The notes: generated by a model from the sequence alone, not told the origin. A stretch of DNA of 64,000 nucleotides from Roseiflexus sp. (GCA_025062325.1 JANXAL010000127.1:4358-68357); one strand, 5' to 3'; shown: positions 51,550 through 61,241, counted from the first letter of the stretch. Made by a program: numbers and translations.

Positions 51550-54026
51550 GGTTGAACCTGCACCAGTGCGTATTTGCCGAATGTCGCAATCACCGCGCCG
51601 TCAGGACGCGGTCCTGCCTCGCTGCTGTGCAACAGGTAGCGCGTCTCCCGCTCCGGCGGCGCAATACGATGCGCAATCGCAGAGTACTTGCCGACCGGAT
51701 CGCCGGGCGCAAGCGCAGCGCGCAGCATTTCACCAGGCGGAACGGTCTGCTGTACGAGGCGTATCGCCGCCACCTCATCGGCGGGCTGGCGATCAAGAAC
51801 CTCGCGCGCGCCGAGTGCGAACCCCTGCCAGAGCAACGTAAGAAATACTAGCATGCTAGTGATCCAGAGCCGCGCCGGACTCCACGCCCGTCGCGCTGCC
51901 AGCGCACCAATCGCCAGCGCCAATGTCCACGCCGCTGCAATCGCATAGACCAGCGCCAGCGGCAGGTAGAAGCGTTGCAACGGCAAACCGACAGCGAGCG
52001 CGGCAGCGTACAGTGCAATCCACATGAGCAGCGGCGCGGCAAACGACGGGGCGGCAGCCTGAATGCCTGCACCCATGCGCTGCATCCCGATCAGCGCCAG
52101 CCACCCGACGAGACCGGCGACCGCCAGCCAGTTCGCCGGGAATGCCAGCAAGCGCAACTGCGACGCCTGTCCCGCATCGCCTGTCGACTCCGCACCAGCG
52201 CCGATGAATGCGCGCAGGTTCGACCACCACGCGCTGGCAAAGCGCGCCGGGTCTTCCAGGATGACGTCGGTGAGCGGTATGTCATTGCTGACCTCGTTCC
52301 AGCGCCCCCAGTCGCTGTCGCCGTACACGGCGAGCCAGACATTCTTTGCCTGCTGGTTGTAGAACGGATTGCCCGTATCGCGCACATTGACGATCACCTG
52401 CGGCGCAATTGCAATGAAAAAGGCGAGGACGAAAGCGAGAACGTTGAAGGTTGAAGGTTGAAGGTTGAAGGTTGAAGGTTGAAGGTTGAAGGTTGAAGGT
52501 TCAATGTTTGCCTCTCGCCGCTCGCCCCGCGCCTCTCGCCGCTCGCCGCTCACCTCTCGCCGCTTACCTCTTGCCTCTTGCCTCTCGCCTCTTGCCTCTT
52601 GCCTCGTCCACAGGATACCAAGCACCCCGAAGGGAAGGAGCAGGATTCCGGGGTGCCGCACCAGGAACGCGAAACCAGCGGCAACGCCGGCCAGGACAAG
52701 CAGCCAGGCGTTTTTCCGGTCCGTCCACTGCGCCAGCAGCGCCAGGGTCAGCGCGCAGAGCGCCGCGAACGGCATATCGCTGCCGATGTACAGCGCATAC
52801 TGCACCACAAACGGGTTGAGCGCCAGTATCACGAGCGCCGCCAGCGCCGCGACGCGCCCCAGCATACGGCGCGCCAGGACCCAGGACGCGCCGAGGAAGA
52901 TCATACCCGCAAAAGCGGCGACCATCCGCGCTGCCAGAAAGACATTGCTGCTAGTCAACGGTGCGACGCACCAGAGCAGGAACGGATACCCCAGGTTGTA
53001 GAACCCATCGGCGCGGAGAATCAGCGCCAGATCAACGGCGCGTGTGGCAAACACCCGGAAATCCTTCTCGACCCCCGGAACTGACAGGGTGACGTGATCC
53101 TGCGCTGCCAGAAGAACCGCTGCAGTCCACACGGCAATTCCCCCTAGCGCCAGAACATCCGGCAGCGCTGGCAGGCGCGCCGCGAGCGCCGGACCGTACC
53201 GCAGCACCGTTGCTGCGCCAAGCGCTGCGCAGATGCCGGGCAGCAGGCCGCGCAGCGGATACGGGTACGCGGGCTGAAGCCGGTACAGCAGCAGCCAGGC
53301 AAGACCGATCAGCAGCATTCCAGCGATCCAGACGCGCAGCGGCGTGAAGAAGCGCAACCAGGGCTTGCGTTCGCCCCACTGCGTATCTGCCAGCGCCAGC
53401 GCCAGCAGCGCCCCGGCGAGCGCCCCCCACGCCAGTTGCGCCGGATACGGTTGCAGCGGCGGTCCTCCAGTGCGATACTCCGCCGCATCGACGAGCACCC
53501 CCGCCAGCCGCGGATCGCCGGAACCGATCGGCGCAACGTCGGCGCGCAGGGTGATTAGCACGTCCTCTGGCTTCAGCGAAGGCTGCTGCACTACCAGCCG
53601 GATCTCCTGCCACTCGCTGGCGGTTGCGCCGCTGTATGCTTCGCGCCCATCGACCAGGATCGTGATCTGCGGCGGCGGACCATCAGCGCGCCAGCCGCGC
53701 AGTCGCAGCATCACTTCAGCAGGAAGACCAGCCTGCGGAAAGAGCAGATGCGACTCAACGCGCGTCCAGCGCGCGCTGCCGTCCGACCCGTTGAGATAGG
53801 CGCGCGCCTGCGGCAGATCGAGGCGCTCCGGGTCGTAGAAGCCGCGCACATACCCGGCGTCGAACCGCCCTACATTCACATGATGTGTAACCGGTATCTG
53901 GTACAGCAGGGTTACCAGCAGCATGCCTGCTAGCGCTGCCGCAATCGCGCGTATCGCCAGCTTCAGCGCGAGTGGCGCTCGCGCGCCCGTTTCGCTGCTC
54001 ACAATCGCTTCCAGACGCCGATGCAT
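51546..54026 (-). CDS. Polytopic membrane protein (GT-C-like/unknown family) containing microsatellite-encoded low-complexity loop
   Basis: >12 TM helices. Loop insert ...TRQEARGERQEARGKRREVSGERREARGERREANIEPSTFNLQPSTFNLQPSTFN... is encoded by two simple-sequence repeats. ATGA-coupled to the downstream membrane-protein gene. Confidence 0.45.
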   Translation of the reverse strand: MHRRLEAIVSSETGARAPLALKLAIRAIAAALAGMLLVTLLYQIPVTHHVNVGRFDAGYVRGFYDPERLDLPQARAYLNGSDGSARWTRVESHLLFPQAGLPAEVMLRLRGWRADGPPPQITILVDGREAYSGATASEWQEIRLVVQQPSLKPEDVLITLRADVAPIGSGDPRLAGVLVDAAEYRTGGPPLQPYPAQLAWGALAGALLALALADTQWGERKPWLRFFTPLRVWIAGMLLIGLAWLLLYRLQPAYPYPLRGLLPGICAALGAATVLRYGPALAARLPALPDVLALGGIAVWTAAVLLAAQDHVTLSVPGVEKDFRVFATRAVDLALILRADGFYNLGYPFLLWCVAPLTSSNVFLAARMVAAFAGMIFLGASWVLARRMLGRVAALAALVILALNPFVVQYALYIGSDMPFAALCALTLALLAQWTDRKNAWLLVLAGVAAGFAFLVRHPGILLLPFGVLGILWTRQEARGERQEARGKRREVSGERREARGERREANIEPSTFNLQPSTFNLQPSTFNVLAFVLAFFIAIAPQVIVNVRDTGNPFYNQQAKNVWLAVYGDSDWGRWNEVSNDIPLTDVILEDPARFASAWWSNLRAFIGAGAESTGDAGQASQLRLLAFPANWLAVAGLVGWLALIGMQRMGAGIQAAAPSFAAPLLMWIALYAAALAVGLPLQRFYLPLALVYAIAAAWTLALAIGALAARRAWSPARLWITSMLVFLTLLWQGFALGAREVLDRQPADEVAAIRLVQQTVPPGEMLRAALAPGDPVGKYSAIAHRIAPPERETRYLLHSSEAGPRPDGAVIATFGKYALVQVQP
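52441..52620. repeat. Two adjacent in-frame microsatellites inside a CDS: (TTGAAGG)x9 followed by GC-rich ~15-bp units (cctctcgccgctcgcc-like) x ~6
   Basis: ttgaaggttgaaggttgaagg... (63 bp), then ctctcgccgctcgccccgcgcctctcgccgctcgccgctcacctctcgccgcttacctcttgcctcttgcctctcgcctcttgcctcttgcc. Confidence 0.85.
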
Positions 54027-54076
54027 ACGTCGCGGGAGTGTACCATATTTTCACCCTCGTCAGCAACGAAGGGGTA

Positions 54077-54085
54077 TGCTATACT
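54077..54085 (+). promoter_or_regulatory. Candidate extended -10 element (TGcTATACT) upstream of the CHAT gene
   Basis: In the 73-bp divergent intergenic region. Leader would be very short (~8 nt). Confidence 0.25.
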
Positions 54086-54099
54086 ACAACAATCACACC

Positions 54100-56169
54100 A
54101 TGAAATCGTACTCCGACTTCGAAATTGCGGTAACAGCGGCTGAGAGCGGTCGTTTTCTTCTCAAAGTGCGCGGACCGCGCGGCGAAGAGGGGGACGGCGA
54201 ACTGCGTCCGCCCGACTCCGACCCGCAGGTTCAGACGCTGCTGGCGCGTCTGCGTGCGCTGGACCTCGACGAAGCCGGGATTGTCGCGCTTGGTCGGGCG
54301 CTGTTTGATGCGCTCTTCGCTGGCGCTGTGCGTGATGTGTACGTTCGCTGCCGGGGCGCGCTTGGCAGCGATGAAGGGCTGCGCCTGCGCCTCAACATTC
54401 CGCCATCGGCAGCGTCGGTGGCGATGCTGCCCTGGGAGTTCCTCTATGATCCTGATCGCGGTCCGCTGGCGCTGCTCGACGCGCCGGTGGTGCGTCACCT
54501 GCCGCAGCCGGACCGTATTCCGCCGCTCACCGCGCCGTTGCCGTTACGTGTGTTGCTGACTGCTGCACAAACGCCGCCGCCAACTGCCGTTGAACGTGAA
54601 CTGGCAGCAGTTCAGACGGCGCTCGAACGTTTTGGCAACCAGGTTTCCACCACAGTCGAACCGCATCTGACCGTTGACACGCTGCAGAAGCGGCTGCGCG
54701 AAGGGTGCCACATCTGGCATTTCGTCGGTCATGGCGGGTTCGCTGCCGATGGCGCTACGGCGTGTCTGCTGTTCGAGGACGACCTTGGCGACCCGGAACC
54801 GATCAGTGCGCTGCAACTCAGTATTATGCTCGACCGGAGCAACCTGCGGCTGGTCGTGCTGGACGCCTGCGCCACCGGACAACTGTCGCTCGACCCGATG
54901 CGCAGCATTGCGCCGGCCCTGGTGCGCGCGCAGATTCCTGCTGTCATTGCAATGCAGTCTCCGGTATCAGAGGAAGCCACCCGCGCCTTTGCCGGTGCAT
55001 TCTATCGCGCCCTGGCGGACGCCTTCCCGATCGATTTTTGCGTCACCGAAGGGCGCCGTGCCGTCATGAACATTGTCGGTCTTGGTCGCGCCGACTGGGG
55101 CATCCCTGTGATCTATACACGCACCGAAGACGGACGCCTCTTCGATCCCCCTGCTGTTCATACGCCATCGACCGTGGCGGAAGTCACGGCGCGCTCCGTC
55201 GGAACCGGCATTCAGGCGCTCGAAGCCCTCATCGAGACTGGCAGTGATGTGCGTGAGGCGGTGATCGCGTTTCGCGCCGATTTCCAGGCGGCGGCGCACC
55301 AGATCGACATCCTGGCGGATTACAAAGATGTGCACGATCGACTGCACTCGCTCCAGTTCCACTGCTACAATCCGATTGTCATCGACATGCGTCGCCTGCC
55401 GGATGATGACCTGGCGTGGGAGAGCATCGCCAGTTATGAGGTGGCGCTCCAGGGCATTCTGCGCGACCTGGATCAGGTGACCGAACGCAACCGGCTGCCA
55501 GCGAGCGAATTGTCGTGGGTGGCGGATGTGCGCGCTGCACAGGCAGACATCGCTCAGGCGATTGAAGCGAGCGACCCAAAGCTGCTAAAAAAGGCGATCC
55601 GCCTGCTCAACCGGGTGCTGACCACCCAACCGTCCCTGATCAATGCCCGTCTCAACACCGCAGCGCGCGCCCTGCGCCTCACCTCGCTCGTCCAGGGCAT
55701 GTCCGCCGTGCGCGACTGGCTCAGCAATGCCGGATATGATGCCGCCAGGATCAGCCAGATCGAAATCGGCGTTGCGGCGCTGACAACTCTCAGCGCCAGC
55801 CTCGCCAGTCTGGTCGACGAACATGATCGCTGGCAGATCATCGATCTCGATCTTCGCCGCATTGAGCAGTTCATCGATCAGGACATGACAGAACTGGAAC
55901 TCTCCTGGCCCGACGTGCGCGAACGGCTGGCGCCATTCTACCTGGAAAGCGCCGAGTCCTGGGGCGCTGCCTTGAAGCAGGACGCCGACAAGGTGACCAG
56001 CGCGCTGGAGGCTGCCGATCTGACCCGGGCGCGGCAGTTCTTCCGCCGTTTTCGCCGCCAGGCAGGAGAACGTTTTTTCCGCGTCGATATCGAACTCAAG
56101 CGGGTGTGTGACGAATTACGCAAGGTTGGCGAGCCGCTGGCTTCCGTCCTCAGGATGCTGACGCCATGA
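54100..56169 (+). CDS. CHAT-domain (caspase-like) protease with ~400-aa alpha-helical C-terminal region
   Basis: Catalytic dyad in canonical CHAT context: His in HIWHFVGHGGF, Cys in LRLVVLDACATGQ. Followed by IPAVIAMQSPVSEE. ATG 54100; the stop overlaps the start of the STAND NTPase gene (ATGA). Confidence 0.75.
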   Translation: MKSYSDFEIAVTAAESGRFLLKVRGPRGEEGDGELRPPDSDPQVQTLLARLRALDLDEAGIVALGRALFDALFAGAVRDVYVRCRGALGSDEGLRLRLNIPPSAASVAMLPWEFLYDPDRGPLALLDAPVVRHLPQPDRIPPLTAPLPLRVLLTAAQTPPPTAVERELAAVQTALERFGNQVSTTVEPHLTVDTLQKRLREGCHIWHFVGHGGFAADGATACLLFEDDLGDPEPISALQLSIMLDRSNLRLVVLDACATGQLSLDPMRSIAPALVRAQIPAVIAMQSPVSEEATRAFAGAFYRALADAFPIDFCVTEGRRAVMNIVGLGRADWGIPVIYTRTEDGRLFDPPAVHTPSTVAEVTARSVGTGIQALEALIETGSDVREAVIAFRADFQAAAHQIDILADYKDVHDRLHSLQFHCYNPIVIDMRRLPDDDLAWESIASYEVALQGILRDLDQVTERNRLPASELSWVADVRAAQADIAQAIEASDPKLLKKAIRLLNRVLTTQPSLINARLNTAARALRLTSLVQGMSAVRDWLSNAGYDAARISQIEIGVAALTTLSASLASLVDEHDRWQIIDLDLRRIEQFIDQDMTELELSWPDVRERLAPFYLESAESWGAALKQDADKVTSALEAADLTRARQFFRRFRRQAGERFFRVDIELKRVCDELRKVGEPLASVLRMLTP

Positions 56170-59100
56170 CCGATCATCCATCGCCGGAACGTACACCCGA
56201 CCGCAACGCGCTGGCGTACCCTTCGTTCGCAGCGCTGCGCGCAGCGCACACCGACCTGCTTCGCCGCCAGCGCGATGAGGGATTGACGCCGTCGGTCCTG
56301 GGACAGGCGGCTGAAGTCATCGCTCGTGGCAGCGCCACCGGCGTGCTGCTCGAAGATGAAGACGAGCGCTCTGCAGCGCAGAGTCTGCTCGATTACTGGG
56401 CGACGATCCTGATTCGTACAGGATATGAACCGCCTGACGCCACCCTTGATGAGTTTGATCCATCTCTCGCACCAGAACTGGACGATGCTCACTGCCCTTA
56501 CGTCGGTCTGGACCCGTTCCGCGAAGAAGATGCGGCGCGTTTCTTCGGTCGGCAGCGCCTGGTTGAGTTTCTGGTCAACCGGCTGAATAACCAGCGCATG
56601 CTGGCGCTGCTCGGACCTTCCGGCGCTGGCAAGTCATCGGTGGTGCGCGCCGGGCTGATTCCTGCCCTGAAACAGAATGCTCTGCCTGGCAGCGGCGCCT
56701 GGCGGTATGCTCCAGTAGTGACGCCAGGCGAGCAACCGCTGATGCACCTGGCGCGCGCGCTGCGTCGCCTGAACGGTCAACCTGATGACCTGGCGCGCGA
56801 TGAGGAGCTGGCGAAACGGTTTCGCGATCCCCGGGAAGTGGCTACCGCATTCGATGGACCTGAACCGACGGTGCTGGTTGTCGATCAACTGGAGGAATTG
56901 TTCACCCTCACCGATGATGAAACCGAGCGCCATGCATTTGTCGAAGCCATGGTCGCTCTCGTGGAACGTCCATCACCTCGTCACGTGGTCATCGCCACGA
57001 TGCGCAGCGATTTCGAGAGTTTTATTGCGCTCGAACCATCGCTTCAGCAGTGGATGGAACGGGCGCGGGTGCAACTGCTGCCGCTCAGCGCCAGCGAGAT
57101 GCGTGAGGCGATTGAACGTCCGGCGGAACTGGTCGGTCTCAAGTTCGAACCGGGCGTTGTTGACGCCCTGTTACACGACACGCTTGGCGAGCCGGCCGCG
57201 TTGCCGCTGCTGCAGTTCTCGCTGCTCAAACTGTGGGACGCGCGCGACCGCAACCGGGTGACCTGGCAGGCATACCAGCGGATCGGCGGCGGACGACGGG
57301 CGCTGGCGCACAGCGCCGATGCATTCTACAACAGCCTGATCCCGGAGGATCAGGTGACGGCGCGCCGCATCCTGATGCGGATGGTGCGCCCCGGTGAGGG
57401 ATTGGAGATCACCAGCAATCGCATTCGAAGCGACCAGCTCTACCGCGCTGGCGAAGCGCGCGACCGGGTCGACCGGGTGCTTGACCGCCTGATCGCGGCG
57501 CGCCTGGTGCGCCTCACTCCCGGCGATACGCCGGAGAGTGCGCAGATCGAAATCGCTCATGAAGCGCTCGTGCGCAACTGGCCTACCCTTGTAGAGTGGC
57601 TCGAGGATGAGCGTGCAGCAATCGCAACACGTCGCCGCCTGGAGGCAAAAGCGGCAGAGTGGGTGCGACTCGGCGGCGGCGCTGCCGGGTTGCTCGACGA
57701 GGTGCAACTGGCGGAAGCCGAACGCTGGCTGAACAGCGCCGAAGCCGCGTATCTGGGGTATGACGAAGCATTGCTCGATCTGGTTGCCGCCAGCCGTGCG
57801 GCTATCGATCAGGCGCGACGCGCGGAAGAAGAGCAGCGCCGCCGTGAACTCGAGCAGGCGCAGGCGCTGGCTGAAGCGCGCCGCATTCAGGCGGAACAGA
57901 ACGAACAACTGGCGATCGAGCAGGGGAAACGCGCTGAAGCCGAAGCGCGCTCGGCACGCCGGTTGCGTCTGGTTGTGATCACGATGGCCTTTGCCCTGAT
58001 CGGCGCGATTATTTCAGGCGTGATGCTGATTCTGCAACAGACGCGACTCAGAGCAACCGCTTCCGAACTGGCAATCCAGGTCGGCATTTCCAACATGGCG
58101 CTCGCCACCGCTCAGGCGGCTGCTGAAGACGCCCGGATCGCCGCTGCAACTGCGCAGTCTGCCGAGAGCCTGGCGCTGCTACGCGGCACCGAGGCGGCGC
58201 TGGCAGCCGTTCAGGAAGCGCAGGCGCGCCGGACTGCCGAGGCGCTGGCGTCGATCCTCGAACGAGAGGCGCGCCAGGCGCGCGCCGGTCAACTCGCGGC
58301 GCTGGCGCAGGCGGAACGTGAGGATCGTCCCATCCTGAGCCTCCTGCTGGCAATCGAGGCAGTGCAGGTGACGCTGCAGAAGGGTGAAGCGTCCATCCCC
58401 GTCGCTGATGCCGCCTTGCGAGGATCGCTCGCACGCACTGGCGGCGTGGGCCTGGCGATCGGCAGTCCGCTGGTCGCTGCAGCCGCCAGCGACGACGGCA
58501 CGGTTGCCGCGTTCCTAACCGCTGACGGCGCCCTGCAGGTCTGGAACCTGACCGATCTGAGCCAGCCGCCGCGCAGCGCCAGCGCTCCCGGCTCACCAAC
58601 GCTACTGGCGCTTTCATCCGATGGCGTCCGCCTGGTCACGGCTGGCGCCGATCCTGCCAGCATCCGCCTTTGGGATATTGCCGGCGCGACGTTGACCGCA
58701 CGCGAACTTGCCGCACCCGGCGGGATCAACACCGCCATCGCCCTGAGCCGTGATGGACGCCTGCTGGCAATCGGCGATAACCAGGGGACAACCCTCGTGC
58801 ATGATTTGACAAACCTTTCGGCGCCGCCACAACGCCTGAGCGGGCTTGGCGGTCGCAGCGGCGTTCGTGCGCTCGCCTTCAGCCCCGACGGTCGCATCCT
58901 GGCGACCGGCAACGATGATAGCCAGGCGCGACTCTACAATCTGGACTCTGGTTCTGGAACATATACCCGCGAACGAACTCGCGGCGCACTGACCTCGATC
59001 ACCTTCAGCAGCAACGGACGCTGGCTCGCCTATGGTAGCACCGGGGGGCAGGTGCGCCTCTGGCGTCTGAACGGCGCACAGTTCAACGCGGTCTATGTGC

Positions 59101-59618
59101 TGCTGGGCTTAACGGCAGAAGTCACGGAGGTGCGCATCGCATCCGGAGACGCGCTGGTCATTGCGGGCAGCGCTGACGGAACAACGTGCCTCTGGGACCT
59201 CGAAGCACGCACCGACAACCGGGCGCGCGCGGTGTTGCGCGGTCAGAGCGCCCGGATCACAGGACTGGCGTTGAACGGCGGCGCCAGCCTCCTGGCAACC
59301 GCCAGCGCCGACGGTCAGGCGGCCCTCTGGGATCTGCGAGCCGCCGATCCTGGCGTCAAACCGGTGATCCTGCGCGGCCACGACGGCACCGTCACCAGTG
59401 TGGTGATACCGGTGAACACTTCGCTGATGCTGACTGCGGGCGCGGACGGCATGGCGCGGATCTGGAACCTTGACGCGCCGCTTTACGTCCCTGAGACGCT
59501 ACCGCAGGCGAGCCAGGAACTGATCGACGTCGCCTGCCGCGCTGCAGGACGAACGCTGTCGGTAGCCGAATGGAACACATACTTTGAAGGAATGCCATAT
59601 AATCCGTCCTGTCAGTAA
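56166..59618 (+). CDS. STAND-type P-loop NTPase with internal transmembrane helix, coiled-coil and C-terminal WD40 beta-propeller (1150 aa)
   Basis: NTPase entry motif PYVGLDPFREEDAARFFGRQ, Walker A LLGPSGAGKSSVV, Walker B VLVVDQLEELF. TM helix LVVITMAFALIGAIISGVMLIL (~aa 600). At least 7 WD40 repeats (GHDGTVTSVV..., LATASADGQAALWDL, LTAGADGMARIWNL). Confidence 0.75.
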   Translation: MTDHPSPERTPDRNALAYPSFAALRAAHTDLLRRQRDEGLTPSVLGQAAEVIARGSATGVLLEDEDERSAAQSLLDYWATILIRTGYEPPDATLDEFDPSLAPELDDAHCPYVGLDPFREEDAARFFGRQRLVEFLVNRLNNQRMLALLGPSGAGKSSVVRAGLIPALKQNALPGSGAWRYAPVVTPGEQPLMHLARALRRLNGQPDDLARDEELAKRFRDPREVATAFDGPEPTVLVVDQLEELFTLTDDETERHAFVEAMVALVERPSPRHVVIATMRSDFESFIALEPSLQQWMERARVQLLPLSASEMREAIERPAELVGLKFEPGVVDALLHDTLGEPAALPLLQFSLLKLWDARDRNRVTWQAYQRIGGGRRALAHSADAFYNSLIPEDQVTARRILMRMVRPGEGLEITSNRIRSDQLYRAGEARDRVDRVLDRLIAARLVRLTPGDTPESAQIEIAHEALVRNWPTLVEWLEDERAAIATRRRLEAKAAEWVRLGGGAAGLLDEVQLAEAERWLNSAEAAYLGYDEALLDLVAASRAAIDQARRAEEEQRRRELEQAQALAEARRIQAEQNEQLAIEQGKRAEAEARSARRLRLVVITMAFALIGAIISGVMLILQQTRLRATASELAIQVGISNMALATAQAAAEDARIAAATAQSAESLALLRGTEAALAAVQEAQARRTAEALASILEREARQARAGQLAALAQAEREDRPILSLLLAIEAVQVTLQKGEASIPVADAALRGSLARTGGVGLAIGSPLVAAAASDDGTVAAFLTADGALQVWNLTDLSQPPRSASAPGSPTLLALSSDGVRLVTAGADPASIRLWDIAGATLTARELAAPGGINTAIALSRDGRLLAIGDNQGTTLVHDLTNLSAPPQRLSGLGGRSGVRALAFSPDGRILATGNDDSQARLYNLDSGSGTYTRERTRGALTSITFSSNGRWLAYGSTGGQVRLWRLNGAQFNAVYVLLGLTAEVTEVRIASGDALVIAGSADGTTCLWDLEARTDNRARAVLRGQSARITGLALNGGASLLATASADGQAALWDLRAADPGVKPVILRGHDGTVTSVVIPVNTSLMLTAGADGMARIWNLDAPLYVPETLPQASQELIDVACRAAGRTLSVAEWNTYFEGMPYNPSCQ

Positions 59619-59665
59619 GCAGGAATCGAGTGTAGAACGGAGTGATGCGAGAAAGGGGGAGATCG

Positions 59666-60844
59666 ATGCCCAACGCAAACGACATCGTCATCATTGGCGC
59701 AGCACGCACGCCAATTGGCAAGTTCCAGGGCATGTTTCGCACCATTCCCGCCACCGACCTCGGAGCGCACGCGGTTCGTGCTGCGGTCGCGCGCGCCGCC
59801 ATCGATCCGGCGCTGGTAGACGAGTGCATTATGGGGAATGTGGTCAGCGCGGGGCTTGGTCAGGCGCCTGCCCGTCAGGCGGCGCTGCGCGGCGGTCTCC
59901 CTGAATCGGTCGGCGCTCTGACGATCAACAAGGTCTGCGGCAGCGGACTCAAGGCGGTAACGCTAGCTGCCGCCCTCATCCGCTGTGGCGAAGCGTCGCT
60001 CATTGTTGCTGGCGGCATGGAAAGCATGTCTCGCGCGCCCTACCTGCTGCCGCAGGCGCGTGGCGGCTACCGCCTGGGCAATGCCGAACTTGTCGATGCG
60101 CTCATTCATGACGGACTGTGGTGCGCATTCGAGCATCACCATATGGGACACGCCGCTGACTGGACGGCGCGCACCTACGGGGTCACTCGCGAGCAGCAGG
60201 ACATCTACGCTGTCGAGTCGCAGGCGCGTGCGATCGCTGCACAGGATGCCGGGGCGTTTGCCGACGAAATCGCCCCGTTCCCGTTACCAGGCGGCGATGC
60301 CCTTGCCGCCGACGAGCCGCCGCGTCGGGGGGTGAGTCTCACAACGCTCAGCACATTGTCACCCGCCTTCTCGCCCGATGGAACGGTGACTGCGGGAAAC
60401 GCACCCGGTCTGACCGATGGCGCGGCTGCGTTGGTGGTCACCAGCGCACAACGTGCAGCCGACCTTGGTGCGCGCCCGCTGGCGCGGTTGATCGCTGTAG
60501 CGCAGGCGGCAGTCGCGCCGCGCGAGGTCTTCACAGCGCCGGTGTACGCCATTCGTCGCCTGCTGGCGCAGACGGCGACAACCCTCGATGACTACGATCT
60601 ATTTGAGATCAACGAAGCATTTGCCGCGCAGATTGTTCAGAACATACGCGCATTGAACCTCGACCGCGACCGGCTGAATGTGCACGGCGGCGCAATTGCG
60701 CTGGGACATCCAATTGGCGCCAGCGGCGCACGTATCCTCGTGACGCTCATCTACGCCCTGATCCGACGCGGCGGCGGACGCGGCATCGCAGCGCTCTGCC
60801 TGGGAGGAGGCGAAGCCGTAGCAGTGGCAGTGGAAACGCTATAG
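59666..60844 (+). CDS. Acetyl-CoA C-acetyltransferase (thiolase)
   Basis: Thiolase motifs NKVCGSGLKAV (active Cys), GGMESMS, C-terminal ...CLGGGEAVAV. AAGGGGGA SD before ATG 59666. Confidence 0.85.
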   Translation: MPNANDIVIIGAARTPIGKFQGMFRTIPATDLGAHAVRAAVARAAIDPALVDECIMGNVVSAGLGQAPARQAALRGGLPESVGALTINKVCGSGLKAVTLAAALIRCGEASLIVAGGMESMSRAPYLLPQARGGYRLGNAELVDALIHDGLWCAFEHHHMGHAADWTARTYGVTREQQDIYAVESQARAIAAQDAGAFADEIAPFPLPGGDALAADEPPRRGVSLTTLSTLSPAFSPDGTVTAGNAPGLTDGAAALVVTSAQRAADLGARPLARLIAVAQAAVAPREVFTAPVYAIRRLLAQTATTLDDYDLFEINEAFAAQIVQNIRALNLDRDRLNVHGGAIALGHPIGASGARILVTLIYALIRRGGGRGIAALCLGGGEAVAVAVETL

Positions 60845-60950
60845 ACCCCTGAAGGTCCGATAAGCCGCGCAACAGGCGTTAGTTCGACAGGCTTAGCCAA
60901 CGCCTGCTGCCAGGGTGCAACGTTGTACGAAACGCCTCAGACGCAGCATC

Positions 60951-61241
60951 TCATGCCGCAAACAGGCTGCGCACGCGCGCAACGTATTCTTCAACGACGG
61001 CGCGCATATCGGCGATGTTCTCACGGATCTGTGCGCGGGGATCGGTTTCCCGGGTATCTTCGGCTGGCACCAGGATCCACATTGCCAGGTAGAGGAGCGT
61101 ACCAAAGCCGTTGAGCAGCGCCAGCAATAGAAAGCCGAGACGCACGAACACCGGATCGATATCTAGCGCACGTGCCACGCCCGCGGCGACCCCTCCCAGA
61201 ATGCGTTCCCTGCGAATGCGGCGAAGTGTTCGGGTGTCCAT
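60951..61241 (-). CDS. PspC-domain membrane protein
   Basis: RRERILGGVAAGVARALDIDPVFVRLGFLLLALLNGFGTLLYLAMWILVP matches the PspC domain consensus. Confidence 0.55.
   Translation of the reverse strand: MDTRTLRRIRRERILGGVAAGVARALDIDPVFVRLGFLLLALLNGFGTLLYLAMWILVPAEDTRETDPRAQIRENIADMRAVVEEYVARVRSLFAA

Noticed and set aside
53032-53613. 193-aa ORF on minus strand inside the 826-aa membrane protein gene
   Set aside because: Same strand but different frame. Ala/Arg/Gly-rich translation of GC-rich sequence. The long ORF has consistent TM-helix periodicity.
56634-59829. Multiple 90-250-aa ORFs antisense to or out of frame with the STAND NTPase gene
   Set aside because: Shadow ORFs inside a gene with coherent Walker motifs and WD40 repeats.
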